From positions 62,001 to 126,000 of the forward strand of contig NIVC01000620.1 of NCBI GenBank assembly GCA_002269645.1: DNA of 64,000 nucleotides, given 5' to 3'. Each line of letters begins with the position of its first letter. The first letter of the stretch is position 1. Below the pieces are notes generated by a model, which was not told the DNA's origin, did not search any database, and saw nothing but the letters and a program-made list of their open reading frames with translations. Made by a program: the position numbers and the translations under genes. This stretch comes from Macrostomum lignano. Its lineage: Eukaryota. Shown in pieces: positions 49,954-62,683 of the stretch.

Positions 49954-51041
49954 ATGCGTCTCCACCCGATCGAGTTGCCGTCTCTTCTTCTGCTTCTTCT
50001 GCTTCAGCTGCTGCTGACGGCTGCCAGCGGAGCCGCGGACGTGACCGGCTGTCCCAGCAGCTCCAGGTAGTCGCTGCAGCCCCTGCATAGCGAAACCTGC
50101 GTGCCGGATTCGGATCGGCAGCGCCAGATTCGACTGCCGAACGCGCAGCTCATCAACGGCGCCGCCGACCTGCCGTCCTGCGCCCTGGCCTGCGCTCTCC
50201 GACCGACCGTCTGCGCCGTCGCTCAGTTCCGGTTCGCTGCCCGTCTGTGTCACGTGACCCCGGAGCTGCCGCAAGCTGCCAGCGAGACCGGGGCTGCTGT
50301 GACGGCGACTCGAGGTGACTGCGTGGCGACGCTGCTGAGACGCAACGCTTTCGGAGCCTCGGGCTGGCCGTTCGCTGCTCGAATGTCCGCTCTCTTCGAC
50401 TTCCGCGTCTCCGACCGGAACCTCGGCGGCAGCGTCGGTGCCGGTTTCTCGACGTCGGCACCGGCGCAGTTCGTCGGGGCCGCCGCGCGCAACTTGTCGG
50501 GCGCCGTGCTGCCAGGCCGGTTCGATTCGTTCGTGAAAATCCCGCTGCAATCTCCGGGATTTCAAGCTTTTGTCTCTCCCAACAAAGAGTACTCAGTTTT
50601 CTTTAGCATCGACAGATCGCCAAGAGTTCCGTCGCCAATGATTCATCTGTGGCGGGTGGTGACGTCTGGTGGAAGCAAACTCCGTTCTGCGCGTTCGCCT
50701 ATTTTTCGGACAGGAAAGTGAAATTTGCCAACTTGTTTACCCGTCTGACTGGGTTCCTCACGGATGCTCCATTGCCTCTGAAGCCTTTGGAGAAGTTCTA
50801 CATGGGCCTGAGCTACAGCAGAGCTTCTGGAGCTCACACTGTTGTCTACAATGACACAGCCTTTTCTGTTTCAATGAAGACCAACTACGAGCTGCAAGTT
50901 GGTGCCGACTACACTGAGATCTGGCTGGGATCGCAGGGCACCAGGGATTCCGACGCTTTTGAGGGAAGAATCATCTGTTTCGCCCTTGCTCCCGTATCCA
51001 TGACGGCTGAGGACTTTCAAGCTTTGGGTTCAGTTTGCTGA
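49954..51041 (+). pseudogene. PAN + LamG-like copy 2
   Basis: Colinear with 36896-37984. TAG at 50068-50070 (CAG in copy 1) and a 1-nt deletion near 50680. Confidence 0.88.
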
Positions 51042-51699
51042 GCTGTTGGTCATGAGTTCGACGGATTGAACTGACAACACTACTGTTTTTTATTGTTTGT
51101 TGTTTGTTGCCAGTCTACAACTAAGAAACACTATCAGATTCACTTAGTTGCGTAGAATATCTGCCTCGCATATTGAGCTCTACTGACTTACGAGTATCTA
51201 AGCCAATTTTTCTGACAGCTATTTTTGGTTTTCCTGTCAAATTGAGAAACGAATTTAATCCACTGAAATGGGGCACTTGTAACCAGTTTGTCGAAAAGTT
51301 TCCAAAAAACATGCTACTGATATTTTTTATTGATTCATTGTTCGCCTTTTGTTCCACCTATCAAAGATGTGTACATGTAGCGTTCCTTTTTTATAATACT
51401 AAGCTGTCCTATTCTCGAAATTTCCTGAATCTTTGAATTCTAATAATATACTCATACGAATATCTTAAAAAAGTGGATTTAATCATTCTTCGTTGTTCGT
51501 TAACCTTCCTGCTATTTATTATTATTTATTATCATTACCGGCCATGAAAGTTATGATAGGCTATTGTAGTGACTGGCTGCTAACTGGCTATTCAGCAGCA
51601 TTCACTAGCTTTCCCTAAGGGCGCTGTGATCCGCTGCACAGTGGCTCAGTCCACCTGATCTAGTGAGAGAGATACCCTGTGCTGGGCCTAAGTGTTTAC

Positions 51700-52075
51700 T
51701 GCCCGATGACTCATCGCCTGAGCGGGCGCGGGCAGCCACACTCAATGTCTTCCCACTCGCGCTGAGGAGGCATAGCAGGATGACTCATTCACCTGCGCGG
51801 AGTGTAAGGGCTGCCTAGAGGGAGTAAACAGGATGACTCATCCGCCCACGGTTCTATTTTTAGCACAGACTAAGCACGTGACTGTGCACGCACACTGTGC
51901 GTGGCCACTGACCTTGAGTCACGCCACTGCTGCGTGACAGGCTTGCCTTATTTGGAAGTTGGCCTTGGATCACGCGTCGTTCGCATGATTCCAATGCCCA
52001 AATAAGGAAGTTTCACGCGCTCACCGCATGAAACTCACGTGACTTTTGGAGGTCCGCTCGTCTATAAATACGGAG
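51700..52075 (+). promoter_or_regulatory. Promoter-like cluster (four AP-1 heptamers, two E-boxes, TATA box) inside an insertion
   Basis: TGACTCA at 51707, 51781 and 51834, TGAGTCA at 51915, CACGTG at 51875 and 52036, TATAAATA at 52063. Function is untested. Confidence 0.45.
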
Positions 52076-53479
52076 CATCTGCGAGCCAATTTTCTCCAGA
52101 CCGTGTCGTAGACTGCGTCGTCTCGCGGAGCATTGTGGCTAACTCGTGAAGCCTCTGCCTCCGAGATCTCCTCTCTCATTTCAGGTTTTACAGGTTTTCA
52201 GGTTCGAGCAGCATTTACTAAGACGATCGACTGTCGAGACATTTTCAGATTTGCCTTTGCTCCGAGTGTCTTCGTTAATTTTATTTCAGGTGACGGATAG
52301 ACAACTCTGCCGACGCGTCGAGTCCGCACACCAAGGTGGCAGCAACCCTACCAAATCAAGGCTAACGTTTTAGGTTCATTTTCAGGCAAATCGTTAGGAC
52401 CGAAGCAAAGGGTAGATCGTTACACTATGGTAATTATGATTCGCTATGGTAAATATGATTGGCATTAGGATTGACAATGATACTCACGATGGGCTATGAT
52501 AACTATAATTTGCTGTGATATCTGACTTTTGCTGTGATTCGCTGTGGTAGTCATGATTGGCCATGATAATTATGATTGGCGTTATGATTAGCTGTGATAA
52601 TTATGATTGGAATTATGATTAGCTATGGTAATTTGGATGGTATTAAGCAAGTTCCGATCAAAGTTCTACTGCCTTGATGCAATTACAGACACCGGACTGA
52701 TAGTCAAATACGCAGCTGCTGCATTCACTTCTGATCACCTATCCTTAGCTTTGCGATGTATACAGAGAATTCACATGCATGGGCACGAAAGTAACCAATT
52801 AAGATAAGTCAACATTGCGAAACCGGTCCCATCTCTGTCTGATGCACGCATATTGTGTTCCGCCAGAGTTGAAAAAGATAGATGCACTAAAATTGTTCTA
52901 ATCACTTTTATACAAAAGCGAGTATTATGCTCGTAGACTGAAACTGAGGCTAATTGCTACGACCTAGGTACTCAGTTCGACACCCTGAAGCGAAACATCT
53001 TTGATTTCCATAACGGGCTACAAGGTGGACGTGACACAAAGCATTGGTATTTTCCTCCCACAGCTTTTCGCATGTCCTCCCATGTACCCACGGTGGCAAA
53101 GATTCATTTTATATTAGCATTAAAATTGTTAAAATTCCTGCCACTTATGTTACTAATAGTAGCGCTTTAAGTAGTCTTTAGGACACGAAATGTGAGGGCT
53201 GATGCATAGGGTGGCTGAGGACTCAGATAGGACTGCTGGCAGTTATAGAATCAAACTACTAAACAATGGAATGGAATGCCACCAACTTTTACATGTCATT
53301 TCGGATATAACTGCTGTTTATGGATCTTAACTTTTAGACAGAAAGTAATCCGATGAGAAAGGACCAACAACTGACTGAGAAAATAATCAGTACCAGGAGG
53401 ACTGAAGGCGGACCTACAAAAAAGAACACCTGCAGGGGTATTTTTGATGGTTTTTAAACAGCAAACGGGACATTTCCAG

Positions 53480-53801
53480 TCAGAAGCCTTCGTGCAACTC
53501 GGTGATGCAGATTCTTGACTTGAGGGCTCCGCTGAGGTCGGTCACTGTCACCGCTTTCTCCTCGTGTCATCGAGCTGTCATCTAGCAGCTGCAGGTCGGA
53601 TGTGAGTCTCTGCTGCATCAGTCTCATGGGCTCCTGGTACTTCTTGAAGAGCTGCACTTTGTGGGCTACTCTGGCTTGAGCCTCGTCTACTTCGATGAAG
53701 TCTTGCTGCATGTGCAAGTCGCAGAGAGGCTGGCAGGTCACAGGTGACTCTCCAACAGCCGGACTGCGGCAGAGGCGCACTGAACAAGGAGCGGGTTGCA
53801 T
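53480..53801 (-). pseudogene. Gene A copy 7, N-terminal fragment with a large internal deletion
   Basis: MQPAPCSVRLC...LLDD then jumps near 53570 to TVTDLSG...ELHE-type sequence and ends at about 53480. Confidence 0.85.
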
Positions 53802-53913
53802 GATTGCTGATTTTCGGCTTGTAGGCGCTTTGTTTAGGAACTGCACTAGTGCGTTAAAAGCCTTGCTCTTCGTATCTTATGTGCTCTTTCGGCACAGGGT
53901 CATGCATTTAGAG

Positions 53914-54338
53914 CAGGGGTCGTTAAACTTTTTACCTCAAGGGAACCTGAAGAGAACCTAAAACATGACTGCAGGCCGGAGGACGGGAGAGAGGAAAGGG
54001 AGTAGAGAAGGGTGAAAGGAGAGGCGAGGGAATAAAGGAGAAGAGCTCAGGCGATGGGAGGGACAGGAGAGATGAGGAAGCGAGAGAGGGAAGAGGAGAG
54101 GAGAGAATCGAGAGGATAGAGGAGGAAGCAGAGAGGAGAGGAGAGAGGAACGGAACAGGAAAGGAGAGGATAGAATGGAGGAAAAAGGAGGGGTGAGAGA
54201 GGAGAGGAGAGCAATGAGAAGAGACATAGACATTGGGCGGGCCAGATTGCTATTGTGAAGTTTCAAAGGACTCGAGGACCGGATTGAGAAGCTTCGCTGG
54301 CCGCATGTGGCCCGCAGGCTGGTATTTGCCGACCCCTG
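53914..54338. mobile_element. hAT (Charlie/Buster-like) MITE with a purine-rich interior
   Basis: CAGGGGTCG...CGACCCCTG termini. Flanks ATTTAGAG / CTTTAGAG (8-bp TSD, one mismatch). Subterminal GGCCCGC motif. Confidence 0.82.
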
Positions 54339-54619
54339 CTTTAGAGGCTAGCCCGTACTCATTTCGTATATGTGACTTGGGAAAGTACTGTGCATTAATA
54401 ACTGGGGAGCTTTTTCTGAAAAGTTTCCAAAAAACGTGCCATGGATACTCAATATTTAGTTATATTTAGAAACAAATATTTTATAAGCTGAACGAAAGTT
54501 GTGCTGTAAAATGTTATTTTTGTTCAACAAGGTAGTTAATGACAATCAGTTATAACAACGTGTTGAATTCTTTTGTTATAAGAGATTTTGTTATTCGTTA
54601 TACGAGATTGTCAGTTCAT

Positions 54620-55180
54620 TACTTCAGTGATTCATAAGCTATTGTTCGAAGCAGGGACAGTGACATTCCCGGAGCATCTGGGCACACATTGCAGCAGTAA
54701 GCAGTGCGCTTTGCATTACCACTCTGATAGCACACGCGGCACCGCTTTGCAGGCCTGGGGTTGGAGTCCCTGGCCCGGCAGGCAGCCTCAATGGAAAGTG
54801 GCGCTCTTGCTGGACAGAGGCTCCTGCCGTCGGCTTCCTGGGTGCCACTCGCTGCCCGGGCCAGTCCATTTTACTATGAAGGCAATGCATCTCTCTAGGA
54901 ATTTGGAGAAGGTAAAAGGACCACCGTTCTTAGAGTATGGAATCCATGCGTAGTGAATAAGCCGCAGGCTCAGGTGTAGTCCCAGCTTGTGGAACCATTT
55001 GTAAGTCTTACGGTAGTTTTCGTACCGCTTCAGCGTTGCGTGTAGGTCAACACCTTCCATGCCGCGGTTTTAGAGCAGGTTTGAGGCACTTTTTTTTACC
55101 TGCAATACCTCACCGCTGTTCCTAATCCTGGGCACCTGTATTTGCCAGGTCCTTTACAGCCATGGGTGTCAAACATGTAG
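54620..55180 (-). mobile_element. piggyBac transposase C-terminal relic
   Basis: NRGMEGVD...RKTYKWFHKLGLHL...YAWIPY, then HFP and a Cys-rich RVCYQSGNAKRTAYCCNVCPDAPG...CFE in shifted frames. Confidence 0.78.
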
Positions 55181-56425
55181 ATCTTCTTCTTCTTCATTTT
55201 AATTTTCTTGTAATTATTTAAACATTTTTTCAAGTGACAGACCAATTTAACATGAAAAATCGATTAATGCGTCGTTAGAGCAGCATGGAGGCACAAAATA
55301 ATGTGATCAGGACTTTCTTTGACACTGTTAAGAGACCCAATCACTGTTTTTGTGTTGAAAATCGTGAATTTTCCTATCTCCGAAGTGTATTTTTCCGGGG
55401 AATACTGCCTTTTTAAAACTATTTCTGAACAAAAAGCTTTATAAATATCGATAGAGCAATAAGAAAGGCACAACATATCAAAAGATGAACACTGGATCTG
55501 CCTCCTATCAAAAGCAGTAACAATTTTTGTGCTGAAAAAATTAAAACCTCCTGTCTCTGTAGTGTATTTTTTGGCGAAAAGTTGCCTTGAAAATATTTAC
55601 CATAAATTTCGAGTGTAGCGTCCTATATATATGTTACTGGAGTAGTCCTTGGATTGCCTATGATAATTATGATTGCATATGATAAGCTATCATGCGAGTT
55701 CATTTTGGGTATTAAAGTCTCGTAATTTTTGTGAGTCGACTTCTTTTTTCTTTGTTTGAAAGTGAAAGTTAGTACATAGAATTCACATATGCATGGGTAC
55801 AAAGCATAACCAAGTGAGATTAGTCAGCATCGCGAAACTGATTTCATTCCTGTCTGATCCACGCGTATTGTGTTCCGCCAAATTTGAAAAAGATATATGG
55901 ATCAAGCACATATGGTTAATTGCTACGAACTCACCGCAGGCACTGAGTTCGACGCCGTGAAGTGAAAAATCTTTGATTTCCATAGCGGGCTACAAAGTGG
56001 GCGTGGAACAAAGCATTGGTATTTTCCTCCCACAGCTTTTCCCATTTCCTCCCATGTCCCCCGGTGGCAAAGACTCTGGTTGATTCGACAATTTATGCAC
56101 TTAGACATTAACATCGTTAAAATCTGCCCCAAAACTGTCAGTTTTCTCATGAGCAAGCTAAAAGTCTCAGAAGAAGCATCTCGAATTCTAGGAGATTTCT
56201 TCAGTTTCCTCTCCCAATTAGAAGAACGGATGAGCCAATAGTTTTGAGCCGCACAAAGGGCCATAAAAAGTAAGGAGCTGGTTAAGCAGTTACAGACAGG
56301 TGCATGTTTGCTGCTCAAATACAGCTGAGAGGCACTTGAATCGGAGGCCATAAATTCTGAGCTGAAACTCACTCGAAAGAAGTTCGATAGTGAATTTTAC
56401 TGTCGCAGTTTCATAAGCATTGACG

Positions 56426-57166
56426 ATGAGCATTGTTCTCTTGACGATGTACTTGGCTCTGGGCCTCACGCTCGGCAGTGACAACCAGCAGCTGTATGTC
56501 CTCATCAACGGATATCTCTGCATCAACGGCGAGTTTGTTGAGACCTACTCAAGCGTACTCAACGAAGTCGGGTGCGCCGCTCTGTGCACTCAAAACCAGC
56601 GCTGTCAGGCATTCAGTCTGGCTGACGGTCCGTGCCAGCTGTTCGTGTTCGACAAGTGCAGCAAGTCGGTGAGGAGCTGCGGCTGCTCCAGGAGAGGCCG
56701 GGTGTTCGTCAAGCAGCGGCCGGGACTCGAGGAGGGCGCGCTGTGTCCGTCTGGCTACGGCATGGACCTGTGCGGAGTGAAGTACAGGCTGTACTCTGGC
56801 ATCGGGACGTGGTGGCCGAGCAGGCAGAAGTGCGAGTCAGAGAGCGGTCTGGTCATCATGGCCGACGTGACCAGCGAGAAGGAGATGAGCCATGTGGACT
56901 CGATCTACTCGAACTACAGCTCTGGACAGTCGATCTGGCTCGGAGGCCTCCAGCCAGCAGGCAGTGCGGAGCCGGCTGGCGGCTGGTACTGGGTCGGCTG
57001 CAATGACACCGTGGACGCTGCACTGTGGGCCAAAACTGATCCTAACAACTCTGGAGGTGTCGAAAATGTTATATTCAGATTCCATGGTCTACCTCGTCTG
57101 GCCGACTGTTCCGAGACATTCACTGCGTCTACCGTTCTGTGCGAGTGCGTCTCGCCCTTCATCTGA
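56426..57166 (+). CDS. PAN-like + C-type lectin copy 4 (intact; DPN in place of EPN)
   Basis: Open frame from ATG 56426. Same architecture as copy 1. Confidence 0.87.
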   Translation: MSIVLLTMYLALGLTLGSDNQQLYVLINGYLCINGEFVETYSSVLNEVGCAALCTQNQRCQAFSLADGPCQLFVFDKCSKSVRSCGCSRRGRVFVKQRPGLEEGALCPSGYGMDLCGVKYRLYSGIGTWWPSRQKCESESGLVIMADVTSEKEMSHVDSIYSNYSSGQSIWLGGLQPAGSAEPAGGWYWVGCNDTVDAALWAKTDPNNSGGVENVIFRFHGLPRLADCSETFTASTVLCECVSPFI

Positions 57167-57884
57167 TGCCCGGATACCGAGTTGTCACAACTTGCTGATG
57201 TCAACTGCAGAGATCGGTCTTTGGAATAACCCAGGAGTTAAACCTGTTGTGTCGAACATGTGATTTACCCTGAACTTAGCTGAACAAGGATCTGGATCAT
57301 CTCCGTTTTAACTTTCAAGCTATTTCTTATCTTTTGAAGAAATATACAGGAATTCCTGCGTTTCGAACTACGCATTGTGTTAGGACGCTGCAAAAATCTC
57401 CCTTATTTTTGTTTCAAGTTTTTAGGCCATTTATGATAGTTCGTAATCCTTCCTAATGCCGATAATGTGTACTGTTATCAAAGACGCCACTACTAAGTCA
57501 CTGTTAAGCACGACCTTTTTAAATTTCTGTGCCCTCCGTGACTGAGTGATTTTGGATTCTACTGCTAGCCCAAATGAACCACTAAAGGGCTTAATTAGAA
57601 TACAGTGAGGCATAGCTACCAGACAGAATAAAATATAATCATTATTTTGAATCTTACTAGCATTTAGACTTAGAGATTTCATCAAAAGCGATCTAGAAGC
57701 TTCGCGTTTGTGGCGCAGTTGATATAAGAAATCTTTTCTTCAATGAATAAATAACCTCTCGGTCCAAAATTAAGCAATTCAAACCAAACTTGACGAATGA
57801 GAAGACCTCAACCCTTGTCACCTCTTGAGCGTGACATTCACTAGGCTAAGAGACAGGTATGAGTGCACTCTTCTATAAAACAGA

Positions 57885-58152
57885 AGCGCCCACCAAGAGA
57901 CAGCTGGCGCCCACTAAGAGACAGGGGCACCCACTAAGAGACAGGGGCACCCACTAAGAGACAGGGGCACCCACTAAGAGACAGGGGCACCCACTAAGAG
58001 ACAGGGGCACCCACTAAGAGACAGGGGCACCCACTAAGAGACAGGGGCACCCACTAAGAGACAGGGGCACCCACTAAGAGACAGGGGCACCCACTAAGAG
58101 ACAGGGGCACCCACTAAGAGACAGGGGCACCCACTAAGAGACAGGGGCACCC
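57885..58152. repeat. Cassette VNTR copy 4: 20-bp ACAGGGGCACCCACTAAGAG, about 13 copies
   Basis: Eleven perfect units at 57921-58140 plus variant flanking units. No spacers. Confidence 0.95.
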
Positions 58153-60246
58153 AAAATAAGATAGAATTGTCTGGATATTTTGAACATATTTAATTTTCAC
58201 ACTTTCGAAGAAGACACAAATTTCCGAGTACAAGCAGTTGGTCCAATGTTTAATGATTGATGCTTGGCACGAAATTGTCTGGTATGGGTACGCTGAACAC
58301 CTGCAGTCAGAAACTTCGTGTCTAAAAATGGGGAAGTTATTAGTGCAGGTTCAGGTTTAAAGTCTCTTTGGAGTACCTTCCTTTGTAAGTCTGGCAAGCA
58401 GGTGTTCATCCACTCAGACTACAATAGCTTTTTTCAGGTAAGTACGAGCGTACGAGAACTCAAAGTCCTTGCTTACCGCGGGTTGATTCGCTTGCATGCT
58501 TTTGCTCGTCATTTCGAAACCTTCACAAGTATTGCTAGTTAGTTACACTCGGATTACAACCTTTATCGATTTGACCGATGTGAAATTTCGCGTTGGTATG
58601 AAAGCCAACCCTTGCCGCTCAGCCTAAATCATATTTTCTATAGCAAAAGTTGATATGCTCATGCTATTCATAACACAATTTTTCTGTACTTTAACATGTA
58701 AGTAGTTGTATGAACGCGTAAGACAATTTAACTTTACGCTCGTTATGGTCTCTTTGAGATAATTCTGTATGACTACCTGACGGTACCTTCTGTCAGAGAC
58801 GAGAATTTAGAGTCAAATCACTAAGTATATTTGGCTTGCACGATAACTGAGGAAGGTTAAAATGACTCACCCAACTGGGATGGCCGCATGCATAGAGTAA
58901 AGCGAGATGTACGTAATAAGAGGTATCTCGCCAGTCCCCACCTTCGATGGCACAAATCAAACGCAACCTCACACTTCAATGACTACCTCACGATACCTTC
59001 AATGACTATCTAACAGTACCTTCAATACCACCTTGAGCTAAATGTACCACAGAGACCTGCTGAGAATGACACTAACTGACAGGTTGCCTTCTAGCAGGTG
59101 GCTGTTAAATCGTAACTTACTGAATTTTTATGATAAAAAGACAATTGTTCGCATTTGTAACATCAATTCCAGCGGTGCTGGTTGAAGGGCGCTCCGAGTC
59201 CCGTCTGGCCCTCAGCAAAATAGACCTAGAAGAAAACAAGCAATATATGGAACACTCAGGCGATAACGTCGTATTTAGTTGCCAGGTGCGAACCGAGACG
59301 CGCCGAGGTGGGCATATAGTATTTAATCTGGTTTTGTTCCGTAATTAGTATAGATGGCTTAAAATTAATTATAAGACAGAGGACGCAGTTCCTAGCACTA
59401 AATTGGCAACTTGTCTCGCAATCTGAGCATCAGAAATTGCAAACGAGAGGGAAGAGTTTGATTCGAGTTTATCAAGCTGAACTTTTAAGAACAAGATTAT
59501 TGAAGAATGGCAATGCTACATTCGGCTGCTTCTGTAACTGAGAAATCTGCAACCTGGGAAGATACTGAACGACTAAACAGATTTTTTGCCTTCCTAACGC
59601 ATTTTTCGTCCTTTTACCTACGAGTACTTTAGCAAGGACTTTTCAAGTACGTAGAAGGACAGGCTACTACGTTTGTTAGAAAATACATTGCGGAGAATGA
59701 AGGTTTTCTTTGTTCAGAAAGCCACAAATTTCTAATTTTCTAAGAATTCTAATTTTCTTAACGAAAAACTCTATGAATATCAATAGAGCTATAACCAAGG
59801 CAAGTCATATCAAAAGTTTAACATTGGGTCAGCCTCCTATCAAAAGCAATAAAGAACTTTGTTTTGAAAAAAGACCTGCCTTCTACTAAAATTTTCAAAG
59901 AAACAGTTTCCCCAACTTCTACTCGAGTAGTCCTTGGTGCTTTAGTTGTCCATGAGCAACACTTGAATAGGGCTGGTGCAAGCTGGGAGTTGAAAATATT
60001 CAACACGGACAGACAGAAACTGACAAATTTTTAGTAGGAGCAGCATTCATCATAGAATTGTTATAATGGTATTTATTTTTTCAAACGTTCACTATTGTGT
60101 CACTTATAAATCTTCATTAAAATCGCTATAAAACGTGAAAACTACCTTGATCTTTATCGAGCGATAAAATTTTACAATGTTGCCTAACTCGTGCACTTTT
60201 CTGTTTGCATTTTATCTGCCGTTTTCGAAAAACAGGCCTCTTCTGT

Positions 60247-61795
60247 TTATCGGCGAAGGTAAAACCTGCCAGCGGACTCTGAGGTCAGACTGGCGGGCAG
60301 AGCCGGGAAATCCAGCAGATGGCAGAGGCCCAGCTCCTTCGAGTAGACCACAGCCTGACAGGCGGACTGATCGCACAGTCCGGTGCACTGGATCAGGCTT
60401 CTGGCATTGGAGACCGTTTTGTAAGCTGGCGCCGCGGCCTTGTCCATGGCCGCGTAAGTTCGGTTGCCAGGGGAGAACTTGTGCGGCTCTGCGATTGTGT
60501 TATGGAGGCCATTGCGTGCCTTTTGTACAATTGCTGAGACTGTTGGGATTGACAACTCCCAAACTTTCAATCATTCAGTGTGGCTACCTATATAATTAAT
60601 ATGTGGCACCATTCTATATTCAGCAGCGCTTAGAAGTTTCCATATGTGACTGTAAAGTCCTCCAGAACTTTCCGTAAATAGTAATAAATTATTTCTTTGT
60701 ACCTCAAAATTGAATCTTCGCACTAAGAGACCATCTGAGGGGTTGTACCCTAGTAGTTGGAGCGTCTGACTCACTACTTTAAGGTCGTGGGTTCGATTCT
60801 CGATTAAACTGGAACAATTTGTGTCCTTGAGCCAGACACTTAACTCTGCATTTTTCAGTTCACCCAGCTGTAAAATGGGTGCCAGCATTAGCTGGGGGGT
60901 AATTGAGGGTGTGTGGCGACCCCCAGTCATTGGACTGAACAGCCGTACGCAGCCTTCCTCACGAAATATTTCTGTACATAGACTAAGTATTCTTCACAGT
61001 TTAACTATTTGCTACATTAATAATATAATACTGTTCGTAATAGAATACCGTATTTTTGTTATAATCGTAGAAAATTTCAGACGCGGCGTAACGCTCGTAC
61101 AAATAAATATACACCAGGTACTCTGTCAGAATCAAGCTCTTTACTCGGACTAACCGAACATTGAAAAACCTTACGGATACCTCCGAAGCAAACCACCGCC
61201 ATGCTATGTATACTCCTAAGCCATATTTATTTCTTCATTCTCTACAGAGGCATTAATCAGTTTATTTCATTCAGCTGGGTACTAACCTTGCCAACTTTTT
61301 CTTAGCGTTGGGTCTTCTATACGCTCATATAAGCGATTTGAAATCTACATAATACAACCCAGTCCAGCTGAGCACATAGGTCTCACCCAGGTAGTCCAGC
61401 TTGAACACTGAGTTCAGGCCATGTGCGCCGCACTTCTGCGCCGCATTGCCGCCGCAGCTCTGGTGGCAGGACGGATCAGACAGCTGGCCCTGCGAGCCGT
61501 AGCTGTCACCGCAAAAGCACCACGAAACAGCCTGCAAACCGCAGTAGGGAGTCCCCAGCATGCTGCAGATGGCAATGCAGAGCTCGTGAGTCATCTGCAT
61601 GTTCAATACAGCAAAGTCATAGCTGGTGACGCTGATCGAGTCGATCCTGGCTACATCGTACGCCTTCTTCATGGTCATGTCGCGGAAGCAGCCCAGATAG
61701 GTGTGCTTGACTCGCCTGCTGCCGAGCGACATCGATTCGGGCGTCAGGCAGAGCAGCACCGCCGCTAGAAGATTCACTTCGATGCTGCAATGCAT
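60247..61795 (-). CDS. Probable two-exon secreted WSC + PAN/Apple protein
   Basis: Exon 1 (61795-61387): signal-like sequence, YLGCF.D...MT.E.C...C...GLQ...CFCG...C...CGGN...CG...NSVF (WSC), ending at a phase-1 GTGAGA donor. Exon 2 has phase-1-compatible CAG acceptors (exon start 60539 or 60488) and QCTGLCDQSACQAVVY...LCHL (PAN). The splice join is inferred. Confidence 0.72.
60739..60940 (+). mobile_element. tRNA-derived SINE, copy 2 (inside the inferred WSC-PAN intron)
   Basis: GGTTCGATTC B-box and CAGTTCACCCAGCTGTAAAATGGGTGCCAGC body. Confidence 0.78.
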
Positions 61796-62224
61796 GACGA
61801 ACGTGTTTCGTTTTTCTTCTATTTGAGACTGAGTCGCAACTGGAAAAAGGGCCAGCGCTTGGTTATAAAAGATAATTTTAAAGAACTGCAGTTGGTCCAA
61901 TAAGCAGGGGTAGCAGAGTTTTACGAGAGGCGCTGGCTCAATTCTGTGAATTATTTAATAATCAATTAAAGAGTGTCGGTGCTGGCAGCAGGTGGGTGGC
62001 ATGACAGGAATTTTCCAGGCGAGTGGGGAGGGTAAATTCAAAATGATTTTAATCCAGTGAGCAGGGCGGGCTATTACCTGATAGAGTGACACTCCGGAAA
62101 AAAACTGTCCGAAATATGGCTTTCGATATAATAGTTATAACAATTGATTATACCTTCCCAATACGGCTAGATGTGCAACTGACAGCTCAGCCGCAGCTAT
62201 TGCGCGGCGCACCTGACGGCTGCG

Positions 62225-62450
62225 TACGGCTGTTCAGTCCAAGGATCCAAGGACTGAGGGGGGGAGGGTTGCCGCACACTCAATTTCCCCAGCTAATGCT
62301 GGCATCCATTTTACAGCTGGGTGAACTGAAGCAATGCAGAGTTAAGTGTCTTGCTCAAGGATACAAATTGTTCCAGTGAGATCAGGAATCAAACCCCCTA
62401 CCTTCAAGTAGTGAGTCCGACGCTCCAGCCACTAACTAAGCTACAACCCC
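62225..62450 (-). mobile_element. tRNA-derived SINE, copy 3
   Basis: Same body and internal promoter boxes as 33179-33345. Confidence 0.78.
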
Positions 62451-62621
62451 TACCCTATGATACAACATGGCTTCAGAGGATCAGCAATAAGATGTTATAA
62501 TTGCCGCATTATAATTGAACAAATAGCAATTATCCGTTTATTTGGCCAGCGATGACAATTTAAAGTCGCCACAGGGGAAATGGCGGAATTCATTCTGGTG
62601 TAGACAGGTGAGGACAGATCT

Positions 62622-62624
<3 letters not shown>

Positions 62625-62682
<58 letters not shown>
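62625..62682. repeat. (GA)n microsatellite
   Basis: Directly visible. Confidence 0.95.

Positions 62683-62683
<1 letters not shown>

Noticed and set aside
57885-58152. Regular 20-bp repeats resembling a CRISPR array
   Set aside because: Units are head-to-tail with no unique spacers, there are no cas genes, and the context is eukaryotic. It is a minisatellite.
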